In this document: positions 38,228 through 50,325 of the stretch, piece after piece | How positions within the stretch are numbered: position 1 is the stretch's first letter | Layout: every line of letters begins with the position of its first letter | Source of the DNA: Blasia pusilla | Lineage: Eukaryota | Direction of reading: 5' to 3' | DNA: 64,000 nt | NCBI GenBank assembly: GCA_050084515.1 | Contig: CM114271.1 | Span: forward strand, 3,658,001-3,722,000 | Translations under genes and position numbers: made by a program | The notes under the pieces: generated by a model | Database searches by the model: none | What the model was told of the DNA's origin: nothing | The model's input: the letters and a program-made list of their open reading frames with translations, nothing else

Positions 38228-40798
38228 ATAGGGCAAGTTAAGGGTCTAGGGTTGGATGTCATGGTCTGTCGAGACCGAGTTTTTCATATGGATAACATTA
38301 GAGTTCATTTTATCGGTAGACTACAGAGCCAGTCGAGATCGAGTTTTTCATACAAATAACAAAAGAATTCAATTTATTTGATTCTCCAATTAAGAGGGGC
38401 AGAAGATGTTGTATAATTGGATTTATAGGCTATGAGGGTTGCTAGGACGTTGGACATTTCTTGCCCCCAAAACTTTTGGGGGCATGAAATTTAGTGAGGC
38501 CCTAGGGTCAAGAGGACGTTACGTCCATGGGATGTACCCTCATAGGTCCTCTTTGGCAAGATAAGGTGGCGAATTTTAGTGCACTACTGTCCAACCTATA
38601 TAAAATAGATCGATAAACATGTTTGATTGGTTTGGAAAAAGAAAATATGCCACCCATGTTTTTAGGGTCCATGTAGTGTTTGAAAATGAAGAAGTCATCC
38701 TCCCTTAACAGTATGGATTTTGTCTATGGGTCCTAGCGAACAACAAATATTTGGAGGAGTTTTTTGAGATGGATATTAGGAATGGGTATTCTTTGTAAGG
38801 TCATCTTGTAAATCCGATGATTTTTTTAATTGGCGCAAAAATTGTTGAATGAAACATTGATATGGAGAAGCTAGTGTCTTTGTAAAAATTCAATTTTTAG
38901 AAAGTTAAGAAAACATTTCAGTGAGATAAATAGGTGTATGCCCTTGGTGGTTGCGAGTTTACATGCAACACGATGGGGTTGAGTGGCACTTAATGGGCTC
39001 GACGATGTTTAAAAGATGTCAATCGCTACGAGATGGCCCCCTCATAAGATGAATCTGTTTTGGGGTTCTAATTGAAGATTGGGCATACAAGAATTTGAAA
39101 ATTGGGCCAAAAAAAAATTCAACCATATAAAATATCGGTAAATATTCTTAATCCACATGATATCTATCAAATATTCCCTACTAGAAAATGAAATTATATG
39201 TAATATTCTCTTTCCCATGCTCACTGTTTTGCAAGCTCTCCACTAACTCTATTCAGAGCTTGTTGAGTGACAACTAACCCCTTAATATCCAAGACTTGGA
39301 GCATCTTGGAGAATAATGTAAATACCTTTTACACCAAGCTATCCAAAAAAGCTACTCAAAACAACTAAGTGGATGGCTTTTCTCATACGATATATATTAG
39401 CCTTGTGGCCCTCATAGTGTACCAGTAGGTACTCGAGGCTAACGATGGGAAGTTTTAATTACCCATCATTAGCCACTTACATTGCAATGATGGACCCCAA
39501 CTTACCTTGAATAGACACTCACGGTTGCCAAATTGAACTCTCCAAAATTGACTCTAAATTAGCCAAACACACCTGTCAAGACATGCTAAACACCCAACGA
39601 CGATCCTTGTGTAGCAACACCATAACTAGGACCAGAATAGGAAACCCCACATCAAAAGAGGAAACCACAACAAAACCACACGATGAAACAACCTCTAGCA
39701 ACGTTGGACGGTTGGCCTAGGACCCATGGAACTTTTCCATGGGGACCGTATCTTAAAGTACAAGCAACGAGTCTTTATCTCTTTACAATGTGCAAAGCTA
39801 TTGGGCTTAAGTGGTAAACTCATGGTGTAGACGACGCAATAGCTAGAGGTTCTCTTGTTGATAATCATGTTTCTTTCGATATCGCTTATATTATTTTTTA
39901 TGTTGGTGAGTTTGGATTTTACAAGATTCCTCATTTTTTCTTTGTCCCTTGTCGGGTTGGCCTTTGTGTTCCCTAGCTCTATAAGTCCCCCTCTTTCTAC
40001 TTCTGATGATTGCTCCCACCTTCTTTTATTCAACTTGTTATTTCTTCATTTTGCATATTCTTCTCATAACCTTTGTGAAGAAGTAATCTTCGTATATAAG
40101 CATAATTGCCAATAATCATACCGATAAACACTTCTCCTAAGTGTGGAGAAAAATAGTCAAATCTTGACTTATGTTTCAAGCAAAGAGGCTCTTGCAAATT
40201 ATAAAGCTTCACTTCATTACTAATATAAACAAGTGAGGTGACTATGCAATATATGGTCATTAGATTTTACTTTGTAAAATTTTCCATTGAAAAGTTAGCA
40301 TGTGTATAAATAAATATTAAATGTATAATAAAATTTTCATTTTATGTTATGAAATTACTGAAATTTTTGTTTATTTCATGTAAGAATCTCCTCATACAAA
40401 ACATTTTGCATGTAAATTACCCTCTTCCTTTGAATATAAGTTCATAAGGTAAGCATGTATTGGAAAGTTATATCCCATAGAGATAACTGAATCCTTATTC
40501 ACAATGGAGTCAAAAGTAACGTAAGTACATAGCATATAATTTTTACAAGATTTATATTTTGTCATTATTTTCAAGGATGAATTCATAAAATAATTCCACA
40601 CAAGCGAGAATAATATTTAATTCATCATCCTCACAAGAGACCATATATATGATCTCTTTAAAGTTTCTTGGATAATTTCCATGATAAAGAAGTCTTGACA
40701 AAATTTCTCACTAAAGATTATAAGTTTTCCCCCAAATGGTGAATCTATCAAGGCAAGAGATACCAATCCCATGATATCTTATGGAGTATAATTCACAA

Positions 40799-40800
<2 letters not shown>

Positions 40801-40859
<59 letters not shown>
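40801..40859. repeat. (GA)n microsatellite
   Basis: Read directly. Confidence 0.98.
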
Positions 40860-40862
<3 letters not shown>

Positions 40863-42577
40863 TATTCTACACGACCATATCATAATCTTGAAAGTTAATT
40901 AAGTCCAAAGATAGTATGGCATTCAAGAACAACAACTTAGGGGTTTTTGTAATTACGTGACTTAATTCATATAAGAGATCCTATTTGAGTGGAACAAAAA
41001 TTCAACTCCATAATCTAGTGGATCGAATAGTTTTATTTTAAGATTGAAGGGTGAAATGGGTCAATGGAGTTGAGAATCTCAACAAGTCTCATAAACTTAT
41101 TCGGAGCAGAAGAACACTTCACTATTGTCCTCAAGAAGTCCCAATTGAATAGAAACTTCTTAAAATTTTGATATAGCACTCCATCCAAAGTTCCCAAAAA
41201 TTCATATAAAGTTGCACCTCGAACACGATGAAAAAGAAATCACAACTAATGACATTCTCCATTGTTTATGAAGAAGTATAATCATTTAGTACACTCTATA
41301 ATGCGCTCTTCTACCCAATTCTTCATATCAAAGTTAAGTTTTTAAATTGAATATAATATAAGAGAATGGGATGTATATTATAGTGCAATCTGTACTAGAT
41401 TACCAATAGGATGATCGCAATATTTTCTTCTTCGTATCCTATGAGTTCATCTTTTATTATACCAACGATAATATGAAGGAAACTAGAGATATACATATCA
41501 ACAAGCAAGAGGAAATAATCAAATACTTGTAAACCACTATGTTATGGCGATCTCCTTGTTTCTCTGAATAACATCCTTAAGCGCCTCATCATTATTGAAG
41601 TAAGCTATTTAAATAAACTATTTGTGCCATTAGTAGATGAACGGCTAATCTCACGATACGTGGATATTTTACAAACAAATCAAATTTCAAAATTTTCCAA
41701 CATGCCTCACAAGAAGAAATATATCTCACGCAATAAAGGAAGAAGTTAGTACAAATAGAAATAAATAACGAATCTTTATGAAAATATTTTAAGAAATCCT
41801 TAGGAGAATCAAATCATCCAAAGATTCTTATATGCATATTCTATTAGTATTTTATAACAAAAAGAGTGTTGGTATCTTATACTAAAATCAAGGATAATAT
41901 ATATGATTAATATAAAATCAAGGATAATACATAAGGCATGATCCATCGATTAACAACTATTTTTCAAAAATATTTGTAAATATGGATAGGGAATTTCCTA
42001 TCCACATATGGAGCATTGAGATTTAATTCTCCACATAGACCATTAATTATGCAATTATCCATACTAAAATAAATTATAGGATCAATATTGGATCAAGAAT
42101 TTCAACATATGTTATATTATCATAATCAAAAGCAATATGTGATTTATCCCCGCATGCCAAAATAATCAAAATACGAACATATGGAAAGTCTCTTTTTTGA
42201 AAGTCCACCACATGGATGCATACCAAAATATTACCAAAAATATTTTTTTTTCTTCATGAGTGTTAAAATCCTCCTCGTCTCCTTTAGTTGACCAAACAAT
42301 AATGTTCGTGTAATCTCATGCCACTTAGGATTACATGTCATGGTAAAAAAGTAATAAAAGTTAGGAGTAGTAGTCACTTGGGATATGTATGGATAGAAAA
42401 AGTGCATATTTTCGGAAGAAAAGATTTAGATAGTTAGAAAAAAGAAAAGGTATACGGTATTGAAGATTGAGTTACAGTCAAGCTCATGAGACACCTGAAC
42501 TGCTACATTTGGTACTCACACGAAGTAGGGAAGCTTAATCTTGGTTAGTCAGTTAAGCGCAATTATCTTAACTAGGG

Positions 42578-42704
42578 TGTTGTGCGCATACACATCGCTA
42601 CACAACATACATCGTTGTCACCGAACACACACACAAACACGCACGATCCCATGCTAACTCATGGCATCCAAACAACAAGACAAGAAGTACCAAAATATCT
42701 CCAA
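42578..42704 (+). repeat. Terminal inverted repeat (3' end of copy 2)
   Basis: Reverse complement of 51389-51515, about 11 mismatches in 127 bp by manual alignment. Confidence 0.92.
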
Positions 42705-42884
42705 TCGCCTCCTTAGCTGGTGGTTAGGTCCCTCTAACTCCAGAGAGCCATCTATCCCTACCTACCGTGATATACATCTCTCGGACGCTAAGAGCAAGAA
42801 GGCCAGTGCTCATGTGGTCCCATCATTAGTCGCCTTCTTGTCATCCATGTCACAGACATAAGTCAGAATGTATAAGTACCTACT

Positions 42885-43211
42885 CTATATACATCTGGGA
42901 CACATCCATTGTACATGAGGAACCCTAATGAGAGGTGGCGTCAAACATGCCATATGCCATCCTCTTGAACATCCATCACAGACTAGCATAGTGGCTGCAC
43001 CACGGACAGAACCACACAACATACACCGCAAGCTTGTAGGAACTATTGCTAAGCTCGGATCAACTGTACCATCAATGTTAGGAAGGTGACATGGCGCACA
43101 ATTACGCACGTGGTTCTTCCATACCATACCATCGCGTCCCTCCAGCAAGAGAACACCGGATGGCAAAACGTCACGCACTCTCAAGATAGTGCGCCATGCA
43201 GTCACATCCAA
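42885..43211 (-). pseudogene. Integrase C-terminal extension with PHD finger
   Basis: C4HC3: CMLC...[29 protein letters not shown]; in frame with integrase across a TAG at 43251. Confidence 0.92.
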
Positions 43212-43250
43212 CGTCGTCGGTGCCGTCTACTGCAAGTAGACATAATCTCC

Positions 43251-45790
43251 CTAATGAAACCTCCGGATAGTTGGTCGATAACTACCACCCCGAATAGTCG
43301 CATACCTCAACGTATCCCGATGCTGCGCGATCGCCAAGTTCTCGAACGTCATGGGCATCACTCTTCGAAACAACTCAGTCCTTTGAGAACATGCTCGCAT
43401 CCATACATCTGGGTCATCAAGGTCCAGGACCTCACCAACATCTCGATGAATGGCCGCAGGTAAATCTGGCTCTCGGCCATAAAGTAGCAAGTACGGTGAA
43501 AAAGACGCTAAGGATGCTTGCCTGCTGAATCTATATCCCATCGCCAACCACGGCAACTGGAGGTCCCAATCTCCTAGGTGACCTCTCTGCAAGCCATACT
43601 TGCGTAAACCCCTCTTCATCGTCTGCACAATTCTCTCCGCTAATCCATCCGCCTCGGGATGATCTCGCGAAGTCATGCGGTGGTCGATCAGCGCCTGATC
43701 ACACAAGGCCTGGAACTCACCGTGAAACTCGGTACCCTGGTCTGTCAACATCTTAACTGGTGCGCCATAATGACTCAGCACTCTGTCAAGGAAGGCATAA
43801 GCTACTCCCTCACTCGCTTTGTCAGGCAATGCAACCAACTCGATCCACTTCGAGAAGTGCTCAACCATCACCAACACATAACGACTGTGACACTCGGTCA
43901 AAGGCAAAGGTCCTGAAAAATCCAAACTCCATCTATACCCTAAGCGCATGATCGGTAATGGATACAATTTTGGAGTTGGAGCATTGAACGATGCTCGGAC
44001 TCGATCACACACCATGCACTTGGAAACAAATAACTCAACGTCAATCTGCATGCCTTGCCACCAATACTGAATCTGGAGCAAGTTGTACGTCTGCTTCACC
44101 CTAAAGTGACTCAACTCCTTGTGGGCATGCTGCACTAGTGGTGCTCTCTGTGAAGGATTCGGCACTACGCGTACTCTATCATCCTCCCAAACCCTCAAAA
44201 CATGTATCCCCTCCCAACGGAACCGTCTGGCCCGCTGTAGGATCCAATCCTGCTCTCTAGCACCCACGATTTCCGCAACGCTACCAGTATGAAGGAACTC
44301 CAAGACTACTCCATCATCATTAATATCTCGACCACCTATCGTCTCCTCACTGGCCTCGAGATCCAAGGACTCTCCACTAGACCTCGCCATCGAAGTCTCC
44401 ACACTCTGGCTCTCCATGGCCAACATGGCTAAATAGGCTGACTTGTGCCATTCTGGCACTGACTCCTCATCACTCTCTCTATGCCATCGAGCTCCAGTCG
44501 CATCTTGCTGGCTCGGGCATGGGTTACGACTCAACCCATCTGCATCTTGGTTGAGCATCCCAAGTCTATGTACCACCTGAAAATCATACTCCTGCAACAA
44601 TAGAGCCCATCTCGCAAGCTTCCCTGTAAGCTTGTTGGACTTCATCAACCACTTTAGTGGTTGATGATCAGTGATGATGGTAAAGGGGTTGCCGAATAAG
44701 TAACACCTCAAAATACGCGACAACCCACACTGCAGCCAAGCACTCACCCTCAAATGAGCTATACTTCGCCTCTGCAGTGTTGTTCGAGCGTCTAGCGTAA
44801 GCCACCACGAACTCTCTACCCTCATCATCATGTTGGGTGAGCACTGCTCCAAGCCCCAACATGCTCCAATCTGTGTGCAATTGGAAAGGACGCCCCTGAT
44901 CGGTCTCCTCAAGATGGGCGCGGACGTCAACCTATCCTTGAGCAAGTGAAATGCTCGCTCCAGCTCATCCCCCCAGTTCCACTTGTGATCTACCTTGGTC
45001 AGCAAGGTTAGCGGCTTCGCAATCGAACTGAATCCCTTGACGTACCGCCGATAGAAATTCGCCAATCCCATGAATGCGCGAACATGGCTCACGTTTGTAG
45101 GGCATGGAATGCGTGAGATAGCCTCTATCTTCATCTGCTAAACACCAAGGCCCCTTGGGTATATCGTATGACCCAAGTACTCAATCTGGTCATAGAAGAA
45201 CTTGCACTTGCCTCGATGTAGCTTCAGCCCATGTAGTTGCAATCGTCAAAACACCTCCTCAAAATGTCGCTCATGCTCCTCAATCGTGGCGGGAAAGACT
45301 ACAATGTCATCAATATAACACCTAGCGAAATCCAGACCAGCCAAGATCCTATCCATGACCCTCTGAAACTCATCCGAGGCGTTCTTTAACCCAAATGGTA
45401 AGAATGGCCACTAGAACAAACAATCCTTCCCGTGAGGATCGATGCCCCAAAATGCCGTCTTTTTCCTGTCCTCCAATTTGATAGGCAGTTGATGGTATTT
45501 GGCTCGCAAATCCAATGAACCAAAGACCTTTGCGTGACCAATCGCATCAAAGATCTCCTCAAGGATGGGCATGGCATACCTGTCGGACTTCGTCTGCCGA
45601 TTGATAGGTCGGTAATCCCCACACATCCGCCTATCCGTCCAGCTGCCATGCACATCCTTCTTGGTAGGCATGACAGTGGCTGATGCTTACTCCCCATGTG
45701 ACACCTCCAGTAGTCTTGCTCCGACCAAGTCCTGGCTCCTACTCTAAATCAGATCTCTCTCCATATCACTGTACCTGTAGGGTCGTCACT
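43251..45790 (-). pseudogene. RT, RNase H and integrase of copy 2
   Basis: RMCGDYRPINRQT, CYIDDIVVF, HTDWS..LGAVL, TDHQPL, HHCC, D(WSLDF)-D(LTDQG)-E(GLAER); several stops and frameshifts. Confidence 0.93.
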
Positions 45791-46284
45791 CGACAACTCA
45801 ATTCGGATCCCCGGTCCCTTCAGCGTACCCAAATCCTCCATGTTAAACGCAAAGCAGCTCCTATAACTCGTGAGGAACTGATGTATCCGGCGCCGCTCTC
45901 CTCCTGTCAACTTAGGGCCCATATCTGGCTCCCAAGTCTCCATCGTGACTACGATAGGACTCTCCGGTGCATATCGGGGGTTGCTTATGTGCAACCCCGT
46001 CTCGAACAATAACACTCGGCCGCTCTCCTCCAGCCAACTGCAAACTCTGATCTCCTCCACATGCACTGTCTAGAACCACGCTCGATGATGTGGCTATCAT
46101 CTCATGGCATACCTGCAAAACATCCCAAGAAGTCCAAGGGTGTCTCTCCCGATCTCCCCTAGTGTGTCGATCTCCTTGGGAGTTGCCCCCAGCCACTGCC
46201 TCCACCGTCTCGATAGACATGGGGCTCACCAACGCAACCGTTGTGATCTGTCGCGATCTCATACGACGTTGCTCCGCCACTTCC

Positions 46285-47280
46285 AAGCTGAGGATCCATG
46301 TCAAGCAGTTCAGGTCCATCGCCTGACCCAAGACATGGCGTCGTGATGCCTCTGACAGTGACGGTACTGCCGTCATTCCTATGGGAAATCCCATGGCTTG
46401 CTCTCTCTTTTCGGCGTTGGGCTCCACCAACCGCTGAACCTGGTTATCCCAAACCAAGCCAGGACCGGCCTTTTTGTATGCATAAGAAGCGGGAAAACTC
46501 ACAAACGTGGGCAAGGCTGCCCGCGGGCTGCCTACCCTATTGACCACAGTCAACGGTGGTCGATCATTGTGCCTCACTGCCTGTGATCGACAACCTGGAT
46601 CCAGAATGGAATCCACTAACAAATGGGAGGGGCGGTCCACTCTCCCATACGCCCTCCGTAACACCGCATGGGGCATCAAGTTGGTCCATCATAGATGTGG
46701 GCAATGGGCTCTAGAACCTACACTCGCCGCATCTAAGAATACTGTTGGGCCGATCCAGGCACGCACCTGATGAACACTCGTCACCACCTGTGACCTGAAG
46801 TCTCCTAAGATTGGCACATTCTCCTGAATGTAGGCTGGAGAACGAGACTGGTGCTCCTGCAACTGCCGTAAGACCCTCAACATCTCCCAAAACAACGTGG
46901 ATTGATTGTCAGCCAACCCACTGCCTCGTCCAGCACTCGATTGGCCCTCACATGGCCAACCGGAAATGACCAAATCAATGGTCCCTACCCGCTCTAAGTT
47001 CTCGCCCAAAGAACGTAAATACCCTCGTAAGGAAGCGTGGTATCCTGCATCATGGACGCTTGCATAATAGGTCAGGAAAACGTAGGCGTAACTGCGCCAC
47101 ATGTCGTAGTGAGATGCGCCTTGCAACATCATCACTCTCCACATACACGTAGTGCTGCACTCGTAATCCTACTTGCAAAATAGCAGCTAACCCGGTGCTA
47201 ATCCCTCCAAAGAGATCTAACACTCGAATACCCTCCTCGAGAATACACCACATAATGGGTGTGGTATCCAAGGGTGTCAT
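46285..47280 (-). pseudogene. DNMT3-like C5 cytosine DNA methyltransferase domain of copy 2 (disrupted)
   Basis: VLDLFGGIS; YVESD; DLVISGWPCEGQSSAG (PC codons 46950-46955); QENVP; AHCPHL*WTN; EKREQAMGFP; RRHVLGQAMDL. Confidence 0.92.
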
Positions 47281-47899
47281 CGTAGCACTCCCTGCTACCT
47301 CGGGTTCCTCAGACCCGTCATGCTCCGGTGTAAACGCCTCGCTCCACGCGGTCTACACGTGCTCATCTGCCAATCGTTGAAGCTCCTCAGTCAAGCCCCA
47401 CAGCGGCACCTCTCCTCAAACGAAACTCAAGTGCCCGCTCAACTTCGACGGTTCCACCGAACCCGAAATTGCAAAATCTATGAATGGGCTCCTTCCGTCA
47501 ACGTGGGAAAACCCACCCCCGTTCGAATCAGCCGGTGGGGTGCTTCAAAGCACGTCCATGAAACTTGGGACCGTGGTTTTACATCCAATACGTGGGCTAA
47601 AAGGAAGAAGATGAAGGAGGGAAGGGGGGTCAGATATAAAATTTTTAATTAATCATCCACTTTAAAGGGGTCTCGGCAACGAGCAACCTTCACAAAATGA
47701 TACGGCTTCCATTACACTCCTCTCCATAGAATTATCAAGAACGGGAGTATCCTCTGCATGGACATGTCCCTAAATCAAATCACTAGGCCAAGTGATGGCA
47801 CTGCTAAATGCTGCTAATGTTGCCATCTCTTGTGGCCGTTGCTCGATCATTGCACCTGTGAATCGAACGGGTAATTAGCTAAGGCGCCCATCACCTGAC

Positions 47900-48355
47900 T
47901 GGCATCCTGGTCTGTAGGATGCAGACTCCCCCCCAGTAATCCCGGGAAAACCCCATCGGGTATAACACTGATCCACCAACCAAGACGTCGTAGGACTCTG
48001 CATTAGTCACTATCGCCTTGGCTCGCACGACGGACTCATCTCTAGGATGTCTTTAGCGAATCCTCACCACGACCTCCTGTCGGGTGATATACTATGTGGT
48101 ACTTGCTCCACCCAAGGATGCCTGTATCCGAAATGGACAACGCTCCACATCGGCTCTCGTCAAGCCCAATCCTCTAAATGACGCTTTCCCCAACATCAGG
48201 GGTTGCGCTCCTGAATCCAACAAGACACGTTGCAGACTAAAAGCTCTATCTTCAGGACTCACCAACTCAAAGACCTCTCCTCGATTATCCAGCAACACAA
48301 CACCATGAGAAGCCATGGCACGCTCTATCGCGGGTCTAGAGGGCATCTCCGCCAT
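47900..48355 (-). pseudogene. Retropepsin-type aspartic protease of copy 2
   Basis: VLLDSGAQPLM active-site motif; downstream YDVLVG-like motif. Confidence 0.85.
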
Positions 48356-48930
48356 CCTAGCAGCCGTAGCCTGCTATGAATCTGACGTGGACGGCCCGAG
48401 CATCCGCTCCAAGGGCAGGTCCATCACCTCCTCTGCAATCATCTCTGAATGTGATGCAAGAACTCCAACTCCACGCTCACATAGTGAAGCGGTCACCCAA
48501 AAAGCCTCGGCGGACGTACCCCCCAACATCATAACATCGGAAGAAGAAAATAAAGAAGCGCGGTACACAATGGTGGCCGCCCCCAACAATGTCCTCCACA
48601 CATGCCCCTCCTGAGCATCAACAATAGGAGTCGTTGCACTCGCTTCTCCCATCGTCCTCCATGCTTGCACACCAACAACATCACCAACTCTCCAGGAACT
48701 CTAATCAGGATCCATCGATGGGGTCCTCATCGCCTCAGACAACGTGAAAGACTGAGGAAGCCTTGTCTATTTCCTGGCATCCCCTCGCTATGGATCCAAC
48801 TCTGTGGCTGCTCCATGCGTCACAACTGCGGCTGCCTCCATCTAGGCAATCCCGCACATCCAACTTGGATCCTCCATATCTCTAGCTGCTCCATATGATG
48901 TCGATGCTACGGATCCGGCATCAGGTAATC

Positions 48931-50325
48931 TCAATGCCATAGCGGCAATCTGCTCTTGTAGCTGATGTACCTGAGGAGCCATCCTAGCCTCTCGCTCGGC
49001 ATCTCCCTCGACACGTCTAGGTGGTAGGACTCTCGGAGAATCTTTATGCCCAAACCACCTCCACGGGAAGCTCCACCACCGTGTTGGGCAACTCCAGCTC
49101 CTCGTCCTCCAACGGGACTACCTGGTGCACGATCTCTAGGCCCACCCAGATCGGCTACTTGCTCTAGTGCCCTCTTTGGCCCTCGTTCCGGACGTAACTC
49201 AGGATGTAAACTCAAAAACATGGCGCGTGTATGACCATATCTCTGACAATAGTCACACTGATAACCTCCTGGTGCAGCACCATCTCCTCCTCCATGTTGA
49301 GGCACACGTCCATGACCCTAACGAGTGCAATCGCGCTGATGATGGGCTCCACCACATGACCAACAAGTAATAGAAGGCGGTTGCTACTGAGCAGCATATG
49401 AAGGCGGAGGTCTCTATGGCACGGCCTCTCGGTATCCTCCCTGAGCTCGTGATGCCATATTCAACCTATCTCGGAGTCCACGTTGCTGCACAGGTGGTGC
49501 GGACAATCGTGATTGCTCTCGCCTAGAACCCATGGTGGCTACGCTCTCCTCCGCCATGTTGCGCTCAATGTTCTCATCGGTCCTAAAAATATCTCTCAAC
49601 GTAAGGGAGGTGTTCATAAGAAGCACCGGTGTCCGCAGGGTCCGATCCATCTACGCGTACCATGATTGGATAGCCTGAGCCTCTATCACCCCTTGAGTGA
49701 AGTTGATCAACCGGCGCAATTGAGTGTAAGTCTCACGTAAACTCTCATCCGGGTGCCTCTGGAAGTTGTTGATGCTCCGCAACTTCTCCGTCCGTACCCC
49801 CTGGTAGCTCGCCCTGAACTCAACAAAGAACTCAACCACGGGGTTGAACTTGTGACAAACCCGACTAGACGGTGCAACTTCTCCAATGCGAGTGACCCCT
49901 CCTAAAACATCACTAGTGGAAGAGGAAGTAGCCTCTCCTGAATCCTCCTCCTCCTCTGGGAACGGCTCCGTCCATAACATAAAGTGTGGATCATAGTAGA
50001 GCCTCCACGCCTCGATCTCACGTGCATATCTTTGAGAGAACTGATGGTAATTGTCCACGGGCGCCCCCTCTAAATCGTGGAACATACTAGTCCATGCAAT
50101 AAACAGGTTAAACTCTCTAGAGTTCCTAGCTCGCTCTGAATCACACAAACTCCTTAACTCCGCAATGAAGTCGTGTAGCTCTATGGTGCCTATAGCACCC
50201 AAAAACCTACGCGGTCCTCTACCTTGGTCGTCCATCTCGTACGCCCAACTGGTAGGACCACTCGATGTGTACGGTGGATCACTAACACACTCCTCTACAC
50301 GCTCCCCCTCCTTTGAAGACGACAC
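48931..50325 (-). pseudogene. Gag-like region with two zinc knuckles
   Basis: ORF 49651-50325 (FQRHPDESLRETYTQLRRL), CWSCGGAHHQRDC and CDYCQRYGHTRAMF. Confidence 0.75.

Noticed and set aside
38230-42450. AT-rich region with short ORFs, probably decayed TE
   Set aside because: No motif, terminus or TSD identified
46285-47280. Host DNMT3/DRM gene or bacterial restriction-modification contamination
   Set aside because: Intronless, embedded in pol at the same position in two copies, in a eukaryotic intron-rich context; no partner endonuclease
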